This document shows positions 6,870 through 16,364 of a stretch of 40,660 nt of DNA, piece after piece. The notes under the pieces were generated by a model that made no database searches, was not told where the DNA came from, and saw nothing but the letters and a program-made list of their open reading frames with translations. The stretch is from positions 1-40,660 of IMG/VR virus record IMGVR_UViG_3300048851_000036; one strand, given 5' to 3'. The position numbers and the translations under genes are program-made. Position 1 is the first letter of the stretch, and each line of letters starts with the position of its first letter. Origin of the DNA: a virus. Lineage: Duplodnaviria; Caudoviricetes.

Positions 6870-7115
6870 ATGCTCCATCTCACCCGAACCCACAGCGGGG
6901 CAATCAAAGACTGCCGCGATGGTGTACCCCTCGCCGACGCGCAACTCAAGGACGAGTTCAATCCCTGCGGCGCCCTCGATCCACATCCCGAACACCTCCG
7001 CGGGGACGACACCCACCTCACTTGCACGATGTCCGGCCGCAAGCATGCCGGAGCGCACAAGGCATTCGGCTTCGGAAACAGGCTCTACGAGTGGGCGAAT
7101 GAGGCGTCGGCATGA
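6870..7115 (+). CDS. Hypothetical Cys/His-rich protein
   Basis: GAGG RBS; ATGA overlap with the exonuclease. Confidence 0.5.
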   Translation: MLHLTRTHSGAIKDCRDGVPLADAQLKDEFNPCGALDPHPEHLRGDDTHLTCTMSGRKHAGAHKAFGFGNRLYEWANEASA

Positions 7116-7930
7116 CTCTCCACGAATACCCCCACCTCGAACAAGGCTCGGAGGATTGGCTGGCAGCACGCCGGGGCCTGGTCACGGCATCGACTGTCGG
7201 CAACCTCATCACCACCCGCAAACTGTCGGCCATCGACTACGACTGCCCCAACTGTGGTGCACCGAAAGACGAACCGTGCGTTGGCAAGAGGCCACCTCGG
7301 GCAGCCATTGCAACCAAGCACGCAGAACGGGCGGAGGTTGCGCGTACCAGCAATTCCGGCACCGTGTTCGAGGTGGCCAGCAACGACAAATCCCAAGCAC
7401 TCACGTTGGCTCTCGTCGCTGAACGCATCAACGGCTGGTCTGAAGAGTCCTACGTCAACGACGACATGATGCGCGGAATCCTCGACGAGCCCATCGCTCG
7501 AAACCTCTACTCCAAGCACTTCGCACCAGTCACTGAGACCGGGTTTATGGTCGAGGATCGCTGGGGATTTCGTCTTGGCTTTTCGCCGGATGGATTAGTG
7601 GGTGACGACGGGCTCATTGAGATTAAGAGCAGGAGGCCAAAGACTCAGGTCGCGACCGTCCTCGCTGGACATCCGCCGGTCGAGAATGTTCCTCAACTCC
7701 AGGCGGGACTCCTCGTCACTGGCCGAAAGTGGCTGGACTACGTGAGCTTTGCCGGCGGGATGAATCTCTTTGTGACCCGCGTCTACCCGGATCAGCGATG
7801 GTTCGAGGCCATCATCAAAGCGGTCCGCACATTCGAAGCCAACGCAGCTGAGATGCAGAGGCTGTACCAAGAGGGCATCGAAGGCATGCCGATCACCGAG
7901 CGCCGGGTCGAGCAGGAGATGGTGATCTAA
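7112..7930 (+). CDS. YqaJ/lambda-exonuclease-family recombinase nuclease
   Basis: QGSEDWLAARRGLVTAS, M.RG..DEP.AR, SPDGLV...GLIEIK, QLQ..L motifs. Confidence 0.9.
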   Translation: MTLHEYPHLEQGSEDWLAARRGLVTASTVGNLITTRKLSAIDYDCPNCGAPKDEPCVGKRPPRAAIATKHAERAEVARTSNSGTVFEVASNDKSQALTLALVAERINGWSEESYVNDDMMRGILDEPIARNLYSKHFAPVTETGFMVEDRWGFRLGFSPDGLVGDDGLIEIKSRRPKTQVATVLAGHPPVENVPQLQAGLLVTGRKWLDYVSFAGGMNLFVTRVYPDQRWFEAIIKAVRTFEANAAEMQRLYQEGIEGMPITERRVEQEMVI

Positions 7931-8353
7931 ATGGAGCGATTCTGGTCAAAGGTGCAGAAGTCGAACGGTTGCTGGTTATGGACGGCGCATCGAGATGACA
8001 GGGGATATGGACGATTCGGCTTCAATGGGAAGCACCACAAAGCGCACCGACTCGCTTACGCCTTCACGTATGGAGAGATCCCTCCCGGCGCGCACATTCT
8101 GCATGACTGCGACAACCCGCCTTGCGTAAATCCCGAACACCTCCACATTGGGACCCATACCGACAATATGAGGGAACAAAGGCAGCGAGGGCGAAACTAC
8201 TACTTAAACAAGACTATTTGCAAACACGGACATCCTTACGATGCTGCGAATACCTACCCGCGTCCCAATGGAGGGCGTGATTGCCGGACTTGCAGGGCCG
8301 CCGCGAAGAAGAGATACCGGGAGCGAATTGCTCAGTCACGAAAGGCCGCCTAA
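7931..8353 (+). CDS. HNH homing endonuclease
   Basis: RFWSKV...CWLW...GYG..AHR...ILHDCDNPPCVNPEHL..GT..DN; C-terminal CKHGH...CRTC. Confidence 0.9.
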   Translation: MERFWSKVQKSNGCWLWTAHRDDRGYGRFGFNGKHHKAHRLAYAFTYGEIPPGAHILHDCDNPPCVNPEHLHIGTHTDNMREQRQRGRNYYLNKTICKHGHPYDAANTYPRPNGGRDCRTCRAAAKKRYRERIAQSRKAA

Positions 8354-8356
8354 TCC

Positions 8357-8935
8357 ATGGACATCACCGAAACAACCGCCCCCCGCAGTGACCAACAGAA
8401 CTTTGATGACTACGCAACGACTTCGCGGACTGTCACGGTCTCCGAGGTCCGCGCTGGCACCGCCGAGCAACCCGTCGAGATTCATCTGGTCGAGTTCCCC
8501 GGCAGGCCGTTTAAGCCATCAAAGACTGTGCGCCGGATCCTGGTCGCAGCATGGGGACCCGAGGCTTCGAACTATGTTGGCAGGCGCATGACCCTGTATG
8601 GCGATCCGACTATCAAGTTCGGCGGACAAGTCGTTGGGGGCATACGGGTTTCGCATCTCAGTCATATAGACAAGAAGCTGACCTTGCATCTCACGTCGAC
8701 TCGCGGCAAGAGGTCGCCTCATGTGATCGAGCCTCTCCCCGCCGGCCCACCCCTCATCACCGACGACCAGGCCGCGGAGATCGCCGACAAGATAACGAGG
8801 GCCGACGACCGAGCAGCATTGGATGAGATCGGCGTCCAGCTCAAAGGTTTCGACCTCGGCGCACACAAAGCAGATCTTCAAGGGCTGTGGAAGTCGCGGG
8901 CTGGAGAACTCGCGGGGAACGAGGGTCAGGGATGA
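8357..8935 (+). CDS. Conserved phage protein, probable recombination partner of the exonuclease
   Basis: PRSDQQNFDD...FKPSKTVRRILVAAWG...YVGRRMTLY.DP.IKFGG..VGGIRVSHLSHI; position after the exonuclease. Confidence 0.6.
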   Translation: MDITETTAPRSDQQNFDDYATTSRTVTVSEVRAGTAEQPVEIHLVEFPGRPFKPSKTVRRILVAAWGPEASNYVGRRMTLYGDPTIKFGGQVVGGIRVSHLSHIDKKLTLHLTSTRGKRSPHVIEPLPAGPPLITDDQAAEIADKITRADDRAALDEIGVQLKGFDLGAHKADLQGLWKSRAGELAGNEGQG

Positions 8936-9186
8936 GCGACATACTCGTTCGGCGCGCCCGTCATCGAAGCGGAACGCGAACAGGGCGTGGAGGCCTGCAC
9001 TACTGGAACGTCTATGACTATCGAGGTCCGAAGGTGTTCATCCAGCAGTTCACGTTCTCGTTCTACAGTGCCGCGCTGAACGCCGCCATCGCCCTGTCTC
9101 GCAATGACCCGATCAAGCCGCACGGACTGTTCGGCGTCCAACGCATTGAGCATGGGTCGCAGCAAGATCCGAGGGCTGCATCGTGA
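8932..9186 (+). CDS. Hypothetical protein
   Basis: ATGA coupling. Confidence 0.5.
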   Translation: MSDILVRRARHRSGTRTGRGGLHYWNVYDYRGPKVFIQQFTFSFYSAALNAAIALSRNDPIKPHGLFGVQRIEHGSQQDPRAAS

Positions 9187-9295
9187 CTCTCCCCCTCCTG
9201 TCGCTCATCCCGGCGTGGCTCATCGTCGTCGGCACCTACACCTGGCACGTCATCAACCACGCAACACCAGCATTTTTCGGAATCGAGGGTATCTC

Positions 9296-9619
9296 ATGAT
9301 CGACTGGGTAGAACTCACACCGCAAGGCCGCCGATACACACGAGGCACGCTCGAAGTGTTCGTCGGAGACGAAGACGACAGTGACCCCGACTACCTAACG
9401 GTGGATCCGAACTGGTACTGGCGTGCGAAAGGGAAGAACGGCCAGAAGTCAGCGCAGAGCGAGGGATACACGCGCCGCGGTGACGCGGTCAGGGCGTGTA
9501 CGGACCACCACTCAGCCCGTTTCATCAACCCACTGGCAATCCGAAAGACGGTCGTCCCCTGGCGTCTGGTCGTCTTCAACCGCGACGGCTCGATAGCTCG
9601 CGAAGGGTTGGTGTACTGA
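9296..9619 (+). CDS. Hypothetical protein (YegP/DUF1508-like motif)
   Basis: WYWRAKGKNGQKSAQSEGYTRRGDA. Confidence 0.5.
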   Translation: MIDWVELTPQGRRYTRGTLEVFVGDEDDSDPDYLTVDPNWYWRAKGKNGQKSAQSEGYTRRGDAVRACTDHHSARFINPLAIRKTVVPWRLVVFNRDGSIAREGLVY

Positions 9620-9749
9620 TGCCCGATTTCAACTGGTGGCAATGGACCCTCGTCGGCGCCGGCTCACTCATCGCGGTGATTGTGGTCGGTTCGGTCGTCA
9701 TGGTCGTCAGCCTCCTCCGCAACAATCCTGATTCCGAAAAGGAGGACTG

Positions 9750-10445
9750 GTGATGGCGAGCCACGACAAAGTGCCCATAGCGCCCGTCCACCAGCACGTC
9801 ACACAGCTCATGGCGTGGGGCATGGATGCGTTCATGATCGCCCACGCGACAGGCGAATACGTGACCAACTCAACCATCACGAACATCCGCAGCCAGCGAT
9901 ACGGCAACGTTCTGGCCGATGTGGCTGAAGCTGTCCTCGCGGTCGGACCTCAACCAGTCCCCTACTGCCCCATCGTTTTGTCGATCGGCACGCAACGGCG
10001 GATACGTGCCCTTGCCAGACGTGGCTGGACAGCCGCGCAATTCGAAGAACTCGCCGACCTTCCATCCAAGACGGTCTCTCAGATCATGAACCGGAAGACG
10101 GTCCGCTACTCCACGTGGCTGCAGGTCCGCGACGTGTACGAACCACTGTCGGCGTCCCCTGACATGGGACCTTCCTTATTGGCGGCCGAACGATCCAAGG
10201 CGAAGAAGTGGCCTACTCCTATGGACTGGGAGGTGGTGGATATCGACCACCCCGGTCAAACCCCTGACCGTGCTCGATCACTGCCTGAGCTGGACGCTGA
10301 GGACCGCCGCGAACGTGTGTGGGCGCTGACCCGTCAAGGCTATTCAGCTGCGGTGATCGCGATCAGGCTGGGCATAACGGAACGCACTGTGTGTCGTGAT
10401 CGTGCGTTGGTTCGTACCTACTCCGATGAGTTGAGGTCGGCATGA
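9750..10445 (+). CDS. HTH DNA-binding protein
   Basis: GTQRRIRALARRGWT and C-terminal GYSAAVIAIRLGITERTVCRDR. Confidence 0.75.
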   Translation: MMASHDKVPIAPVHQHVTQLMAWGMDAFMIAHATGEYVTNSTITNIRSQRYGNVLADVAEAVLAVGPQPVPYCPIVLSIGTQRRIRALARRGWTAAQFEELADLPSKTVSQIMNRKTVRYSTWLQVRDVYEPLSASPDMGPSLLAAERSKAKKWPTPMDWEVVDIDHPGQTPDRARSLPELDAEDRRERVWALTRQGYSAAVIAIRLGITERTVCRDRALVRTYSDELRSA

Positions 10446-10795
10446 GCGACCCGGCGATCCTGCCCGCGATGAGAGCCCTACTGTCCTGCCCTGGCATAAC
10501 CCACCGGGAAGTTGCTATCGCGGCTGCCCGTGAGGCCCTGGCACCACTTCGCGAGCTGCACAAAGCCTTCGGTGTCTACGGAGACGACTGCGACCACGAG
10601 TTGGACACCGGTGATGACAAGCACAGGTATGTCGAGGAGTTCGGCTGGACCTGCGACTACATGTACGACATCTGCATCGAGTGCTGCACCACGAGCGGCT
10701 ATCAGACCGAGGACTGCGCGACCTACCACGACCACGGTCCAGGCAAACCGATCTGTGCCACAGCGAAACTCATCTACCCGAGCGAGGAACTATGA
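10442..10795 (+). CDS. Hypothetical Cys/His-rich protein
   Basis: AREALAPLRELH...CIEC...CATAKLIY; coupled at both ends. Confidence 0.6.
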   Translation: MSDPAILPAMRALLSCPGITHREVAIAAAREALAPLRELHKAFGVYGDDCDHELDTGDDKHRYVEEFGWTCDYMYDICIECCTTSGYQTEDCATYHDHGPGKPICATAKLIYPSEEL

Positions 10796-11170
10796 GCACC
10801 CGCCACTCCGGCCTGTTCATCCGTGCCGGCCTCGCAGCCATCGCCCTCGGCGTGATCGCGGTCAGCCTCGGGGTGGCCATGGGGTTGGAGGAGGAGTCGT
10901 GAACGAGCCGACCATCGCCGCCTCAATAGCGGATCTCCACGAGCGCCTGGACAACGTGGAGGTGAAGCTGTCCCCTCGGTTCTGGTTCTATGGGCCGAAT
11001 CGCTTCTACGGGATCCGCCACAACGTGTTGCCTTGGCTGGGGAGTGACGGCAACGAGACCTGGTGCCGCAGAACGCTGGTCCTGCCCCTATTCGGCCTAG
11101 GCGCGATCATCGTCGGGCTGAAGTGGCACCTACTCGAGGACTGCCTCAAGAGCGCAATCGAGGACGCCTC

Positions 11171-11353
11171 ATGACCCGTCGCCAATCCTCCGACCCGGCC
11201 GAGTACCGCCCCCGCCGCAACAACCGTGGCATATCCATCGCCCGATACCCCGGTAGTTGCGATTGGTGCGGAAAGCCTTGGGTGGTCAACCAAACCAAAA
11301 TCCAGCGGGTCAAGGGCAATGAACTCTGCCTTGACTGCGCAGGGAAGGAATAG
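11171..11353 (+). CDS. Small zinc-finger protein
   Basis: ARYPGSCDWC...LCLDC. Confidence 0.55.
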   Translation: MTRRQSSDPAEYRPRRNNRGISIARYPGSCDWCGKPWVVNQTKIQRVKGNELCLDCAGKE

Positions 11354-11432
11354 CTATGGGCGCCACATTAAGTCGCGGCTACGAACTAGCGAAGGCTATG
11401 TCCGTCGCTGCTGAAAACGATTCGGAGACAGC

Positions 11433-11711
11433 ATGATTACCACAGTGACCGTCTATTCAGGGCCGGGCTGCACACGTTGCCAGGTCACCAAGGCGCAATT
11501 CCGAAAGCTTGGTATCGCTTTCGTTGAGGCGGAAGCGGCCGACCACCCTGAGATCATCGAGACAGTCGAGAGCCTGGGCCTTGTCCGTCAGCTACCAGTG
11601 GTTGTCATCGATCAAGAAGCGGGCGAACAGATGGTGTGGACTGGACTCGACCGAGATGGCATCAAAGCACTACACTACCTCGTCTTGTGCGAGAAGGACG
11701 GTGCCGCATGA
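11433..11711 (+). CDS. nrdH: NrdH-like glutaredoxin
   Basis: VTVYSGPGCTRC..TK...LPVV...WTG. Confidence 0.85.
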   Translation: MITTVTVYSGPGCTRCQVTKAQFRKLGIAFVEAEAADHPEIIETVESLGLVRQLPVVVIDQEAGEQMVWTGLDRDGIKALHYLVLCEKDGAA

Positions 11712-11950
11712 CGATGCCATACATCCTCCGCGTATCCGGATGCGACGACAGCACCACGAAACTCATCGACTTCACGCCCGAGCAGCTCGAAGTCGTTGAG
11801 TGGCTGCGCGATCAAATCAACCCTCACGCGGGCGGCTGCAAACCATCCATCGACCTCATCCACCCAGACGACGCCGAAGTCGAGTGGATCAACATGGACG
11901 AGGCGCGCAACCCCCTCGTGCTCAACACAGACTGGAGGGCGGACGAATGA
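11708..11950 (+). CDS. Hypothetical protein
   Basis: ATGA coupling. Confidence 0.55.
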   Translation: MTMPYILRVSGCDDSTTKLIDFTPEQLEVVEWLRDQINPHAGGCKPSIDLIHPDDAEVEWINMDEARNPLVLNTDWRADE

Positions 11951-12144
11951 ACGCCCCCTTCGAAGCGGTCATCGTCACCCGCATCCCCCTCGACGTCACC
12001 AGCCGTGAAGTAGCCGACACCCTCGCCCACGACATCGCCGACGACATGGCTCGATCCGCCGGCCAATACGGACTGTACGAACCGCAAATCGAACGGTGCG
12101 ACGTTGAATGCACTGCGGCGTGGGCGGCGGGTGAGGTGCTGTGA
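11947..12144 (+). CDS. Hypothetical protein
   Basis: GGAGG RBS; coupled at both ends. Confidence 0.55.
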   Translation: MNAPFEAVIVTRIPLDVTSREVADTLAHDIADDMARSAGQYGLYEPQIERCDVECTAAWAAGEVL

Positions 12145-12863
12145 AGCCGCGACTTCTCGACCTCTTCTGTTGCGCGGGTGGGGCTGCGATGGGCTACCAC
12201 CGTGCTGGATTCGAAGTCGTTGGTGTGGACATCAGCCCGCAGCCCAACTATCCGTTCGAGTTCATCCACGCGGACGCCACCGCGCTTCGCCAGGACCGGG
12301 TATATGGCTGTTGGCACGAGGACTCGAACCTCACGTCGCTCCCTGGTCGTAACCCTCGCTGCCTCGGCAAGTTTGACGCCATCCACATGTCGCCGCCCTG
12401 CCAGGCATCCTGCGCGCTCACGAAGGGTACGAACAAGGGGCGCGAGCACCCGCAGCTCATCCCGACGATGCGGGAATGGGCTGCCAGCCTGGGCATCCCG
12501 ACCGTCATCGAGAACGTTCAAGGCTCAGACCTCCGCCGCGACCTCACCCTGTGCGGGGAGATGTTCGGGCTCGGTGTGATCCGTCACCGCTACTTCGAGG
12601 TCAGTAACTTCGAGGTCACCCAGCCTGCACACATCAAGCACCGCGGTCGAGTGGCCGGCTGGCGTCACGGCGAGTACTTCGACGGCCCCTACGTAGCCGT
12701 GTACGGCGACGGGGGTGGCAAAGGCACTGTCGCGCAATGGCAGCAAGCAATGGGTATCGACTGGACTAACGACCGCAAGGAACTCGCAGAGGCCATCCCT
12801 CCGCGGTATGCGGAGTTCATTGGCCGCCAAATCATGGCCCACATCCAGGCGGTGGCCGCATGA
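12141..12863 (+). CDS. DNA cytosine-C5 methyltransferase (short, orphan)
   Basis: Motif I LDLFCCAGG, motif IV SPPCQ, motif VI IENV, motif VIII RHRYF, C-terminal EAIPP.Y..FIG. Confidence 0.85.
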   Translation: MKPRLLDLFCCAGGAAMGYHRAGFEVVGVDISPQPNYPFEFIHADATALRQDRVYGCWHEDSNLTSLPGRNPRCLGKFDAIHMSPPCQASCALTKGTNKGREHPQLIPTMREWAASLGIPTVIENVQGSDLRRDLTLCGEMFGLGVIRHRYFEVSNFEVTQPAHIKHRGRVAGWRHGEYFDGPYVAVYGDGGGKGTVAQWQQAMGIDWTNDRKELAEAIPPRYAEFIGRQIMAHIQAVAA

Positions 12864-13107
12864 ACCACCCCACCCTGTTCCCCACCGAAGCCGAACTCGC
12901 AGCCACCCAACCACGACTGTGCTGGGTGTGCTCGAACGTGGTCCAGGACAAGCCTGACGGGTGCGATCGGGCGTGCATGGGGAGGTCGAGCAATGGCTGA
13001 CTGGCCCCGCTGCACCGGATGCAACTCCAGGCTCAATTCTTGGAGGATCACTCTCTGCCACAACTGCACGAGACCCGTTGTGGCGCAACCGAAAACGCAC
13101 CCCCGAC

Positions 13108-13159
13108 TGGTAGAATCGGACGAGGCCGACCGGGATGCGTCAACATCCCAACCGGCCTC
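13108..13159 (+). promoter_or_regulatory. Extended -10 promoter followed by a 5' hairpin
   Basis: TG-G-TAGAAT at 13108-13116; GAGGCCG..GGGATG-cgtcaa-CATCCC..CGGCCTC stem at 13122-13159. Confidence 0.5.
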
Positions 13160-13200
13160 TGACCATCCTCATCTGGACTTAGCAGAAAGGAGGGCTAGTG

Positions 13201-13665
13201 ATGGATTCTAGCCTCCAGAAATCTCCCTTTCACGGCGAGGAAGGCCCGCAGCACCCGGTGGGCTGGTACCGCACATTGGAGGAGAACTACGCCCGCTATT
13301 ACCTCGGATTCCCAGACAACCCCAGCAAGGGTGACGAGTGGACAGCTGAGGATGGCAGTCGGTGGACCTACCAGCTCAACACTCAGTGGTGGGACATCAC
13401 CCACGGCGCTGAGGGCGGCACCATTGAGGATGGTCTAGTTCGATCCAAGATCCTGGACTTCGAGGAGATTGCGCTCTACTCGAATCTTTGTCCCATAGAA
13501 GTCTCTCGCAGCGGCGAACTGCAGCCCTGCGACAAGCCGACAATCGCACTCCGGTACGTCGACGCCTACGACGGCACACACCACGCCACACCCGTCTGCG
13601 TGAACCACTGCCGTAAAGGCGAAATGGTCAACCTCAGCCGGATCTTGGAGAGGCCGGGTGCCTGA
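13201..13665 (+). CDS. Hypothetical protein
   Basis: Strong AAGGAGG RBS; FPDNPSKGDEW...W motif and C-terminal Cys cluster. Confidence 0.6.
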   Translation: MDSSLQKSPFHGEEGPQHPVGWYRTLEENYARYYLGFPDNPSKGDEWTAEDGSRWTYQLNTQWWDITHGAEGGTIEDGLVRSKILDFEEIALYSNLCPIEVSRSGELQPCDKPTIALRYVDAYDGTHHATPVCVNHCRKGEMVNLSRILERPGA

Positions 13666-14748
13666 ATGGGCAAAGAAGGCAGCCGTAAACACGCACAGCT
13701 CCTCAAAAGGATTTGGCGCGACCCACATTGGAAGTCACTCCCCGTGGACGCTCAGTGGTTATACGAGGCGCTCATCTCTCAGGACACCACCAACTTCGCC
13801 GGCGTCATCCCCTTGACCGATCGGAAGTGGTCGAACCTCGCCGACGACATGACCCGCAACCGCATCGAAGCCGCCCTGAATCGTCTCGAGCGTGAACGAT
13901 TCATCCTCATCGACTGGGACACCGAAGAGGTTTTGATCCGCACATACGTCCGCAACGATGAGCTGTGGAGGCAGCCTCGGATGATGCGTTTGGCGCTCGG
14001 GCAGGCCGAAGAATTGCAATCCGAAACCCTCCGAATGGCGCTCTCAGACGAGCTTGTGAGGCTCGTTCCGATGGTCGCGAACGCATCTGCCTCTGGTGTA
14101 CCTGAGTCAGCCTGGCCAGAATTGGCCACTCAGACACAGTCCGTCGCAAACGCCCTGGTCAAAGGACTTGAACACCTAGGAAATCCTAGGCAGAACCTAG
14201 GTGTCGAACAGGATCCACCAGGTGGAGGGAGCAACGGTGCCGGTGTAGTAAGTAGTAACCACATACACCGGCACCAAGCACCAAGCACCGACACCGCGCA
14301 CCACGAGTTTCCGCCTGAGCCGCCGATCGACAACTCCGAGCCCATCGAGATCGGAACGAACGCGCGCCCAACCAAGCCCGCCAAGCCCTCATCGCCGGAG
14401 CTGTCGTTCATCCGCCTGCACGTCGGCCAGCAGCTGCCCCGCGACATCGAAGCCCAACTCGTCACCGAAGTCCGCAAGCTCTCCAGCTTCGACAGGCCTG
14501 TGATCGAATCCGCGCTCCAAAACTGGGCTACCCGTGACTGCTCCCCCAAACTGCTTTCAAATCTCGTCAGCGACGAGCTCAAGAGGCGAAGACGGCCCGC
14601 GGAATCCAGGACGCTCACCACCCGTGAACGCAACGTCATCGAAGGCGAACTTCTCAAAGACAACCCGGACCCACATCTCCTCGCCCAATACGGCATCAAC
14701 CCGTCGAACACCCCGACCCTCAAAGCCATCCCGGGAGGCATCTCGTGA
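13666..14748 (+). CDS. Phage replication initiator (RepA/lambda O-like)
   Basis: IWRDPHWKSL...AQWLY..L.SQ...AGVI winged-helix N-terminus; internal DNA repeats; followed by a loader-like gene. Confidence 0.7.
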   Translation: MGKEGSRKHAQLLKRIWRDPHWKSLPVDAQWLYEALISQDTTNFAGVIPLTDRKWSNLADDMTRNRIEAALNRLERERFILIDWDTEEVLIRTYVRNDELWRQPRMMRLALGQAEELQSETLRMALSDELVRLVPMVANASASGVPESAWPELATQTQSVANALVKGLEHLGNPRQNLGVEQDPPGGGSNGAGVVSSNHIHRHQAPSTDTAHHEFPPEPPIDNSEPIEIGTNARPTKPAKPSSPELSFIRLHVGQQLPRDIEAQLVTEVRKLSSFDRPVIESALQNWATRDCSPKLLSNLVSDELKRRRRPAESRTLTTRERNVIEGELLKDNPDPHLLAQYGINPSNTPTLKAIPGGIS

Positions 14749-14978
14749 CCGTCTGCAGCACCTGCTCCGCCGAGTGGGGCGGAATGAACACCGCCCACTG
14801 CGCCAGATGCCACACCACATTCACCGGAATCACCGCTTTCGACGCCCACCGTCGCGGAGGCATATGCATTCCCGCTGAATCAGTAGGTCTCTCGCGGACT
14901 AACAGGGCCTACCCCTGTCACGGGTACCCCACTGACGAATCTGACCGCTGGTGGGCGAATCAGGGATCGAAAGCATGA
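14745..14978 (+). CDS. Small zinc-binding protein (FDxHR motif)
   Basis: CSTC...AHCARCHTTF.G..AFDAHR...C. Confidence 0.7.
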   Translation: MTVCSTCSAEWGGMNTAHCARCHTTFTGITAFDAHRRGGICIPAESVGLSRTNRAYPCHGYPTDESDRWWANQGSKA

Positions 14979-15307
14979 ACCGAGACCAAGTCGTCCAACT
15001 GCTCCAAGTCGTCACCGCCTACGACAACCGCAAGCTCGACCAAGTCCTCGTCGCAGCCTGGAACGAATCAGCCACACGGGGTCACTGGGAATTCGAACCT
15101 GCACTCAATGCCGTTCACGATCACTACGCCGGATCGACAGCGTGGATCATGCCCGGACACGTCACCGAGCGGATCAAAGCCAAATCACGGCAACCAGCAC
15201 CGGCCGCCGAGGTGCTTGAACTCGACAAGCCAATCGCCAGTCCGGAACGCCGAGCCGAACTCATGGCCGAGATCCGAAAGATCGCTGACCGGAAGGCCGT
15301 CAAATGA
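14975..15307 (+). CDS. Putative helicase loader/inhibitor-like protein
   Basis: LLQVVTAYDNRK...AW...AL.AV..HY...WIMPGHV; typical position after the initiator. Confidence 0.55.
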   Translation: MNRDQVVQLLQVVTAYDNRKLDQVLVAAWNESATRGHWEFEPALNAVHDHYAGSTAWIMPGHVTERIKAKSRQPAPAAEVLELDKPIASPERRAELMAEIRKIADRKAVK

Positions 15308-15924
15308 ACACCGACCAGTTGCTCGACGAGATCGACGCCCTCGTGGACGCCCAACTCGAAGGCGGGGAACCCGAAACCGGCTTTGACTTTGATGATCCCG
15401 ACCACCCGCGCTGCCCGCATTGCGACCGCGACTGGCACGGGTTGGCGATCACCGAGCGCTTGGACGGGATGCGATGGCGGGGGGCGGTTGACGCTGACTA
15501 CCGCTACAGCGAAGACGAATCACCCGTCTTTTGCCCCGGATCCATGTTCATCGGGCCGCGAGCCCCGCTGAGTTACGAGTTGCCACGCTGCCCACACAGG
15601 TGCTCGAGGCCATGGCATCAGGAGTCAAACGACATCTGCCCAGGATCAATGCACCTCGGACCACGACGGCCCCGTAAGGGCGAGATTCCGCCGACGCCTG
15701 AGCAGATCGCATCCGCCTGGGCTCAGGTCACAGTCTCGATCCGAGAACTCGCAGACAATCTCAAAGAGGCGTTCGCTGGGTTCGCTAAGGCGACAGAGGC
15801 TTTCGGGATCAAATCGGAGCCCGAATCACGCCTCGACGATCAAGGCCGACCCAGACTGCCAAGACCATCCTCCACGCCACCCATGTGGGCGAATGACGTC
15901 ACTCGGTCGAGGAGGCGGCGATGA
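15304..15924 (+). CDS. Hypothetical protein with duplicated Cys/His motif
   Basis: PRCPHCDRDWHG...CPGSMFIGPR and PRCPHRCSRPWHQ...CPGSMHLGPR. Confidence 0.65.
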   Translation: MNTDQLLDEIDALVDAQLEGGEPETGFDFDDPDHPRCPHCDRDWHGLAITERLDGMRWRGAVDADYRYSEDESPVFCPGSMFIGPRAPLSYELPRCPHRCSRPWHQESNDICPGSMHLGPRRPRKGEIPPTPEQIASAWAQVTVSIRELADNLKEAFAGFAKATEAFGIKSEPESRLDDQGRPRLPRPSSTPPMWANDVTRSRRRR

Positions 15925-16364
15925 GCGGCCTCGACGGATTGACCTTCACCCCCGGACGAATCCAGTTCTTCATCCCCGGCCGCCCTGCACCCCAAGGCAG
16001 CAAACGGCACGTCGGCAACGGAGTGATGATCGAGTCATCCAAGAACATCAAGGGCTGGCGTACCACCGTCGCAGAGCTGGCCTATAGCGAGTTTCCGGCC
16101 GGCCCCATCCCACGACCCTGGGCAGTCGCAGTCGGGCTTGCGTTCGTCATGCCGCGGCCAGTCTCCACACCCAAGACCCGAGCGACACCCGCCGCGATCA
16201 AAAAACCTGACATCGACAAGATCACGCGGGGAGTTCTCGACGCCTTGACTGGCGTGGCATATCAGGACGATTCGCAAGTCATCACCATCCACGCAACGAA
16301 ACGGATCGCTGAGATCGGCGAAACAACAGGCGTTGCAATCACGGTGGAGGTTCAGGGGAAATGA
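15921..16364 (+). CDS. rusA: RusA Holliday junction resolvase
   Basis: PGRPAPQGSK...KPDIDKITRGVLDALTG..YQDDSQV. Confidence 0.92.
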   Translation: MSGLDGLTFTPGRIQFFIPGRPAPQGSKRHVGNGVMIESSKNIKGWRTTVAELAYSEFPAGPIPRPWAVAVGLAFVMPRPVSTPKTRATPAAIKKPDIDKITRGVLDALTGVAYQDDSQVITIHATKRIAEIGETTGVAITVEVQGK

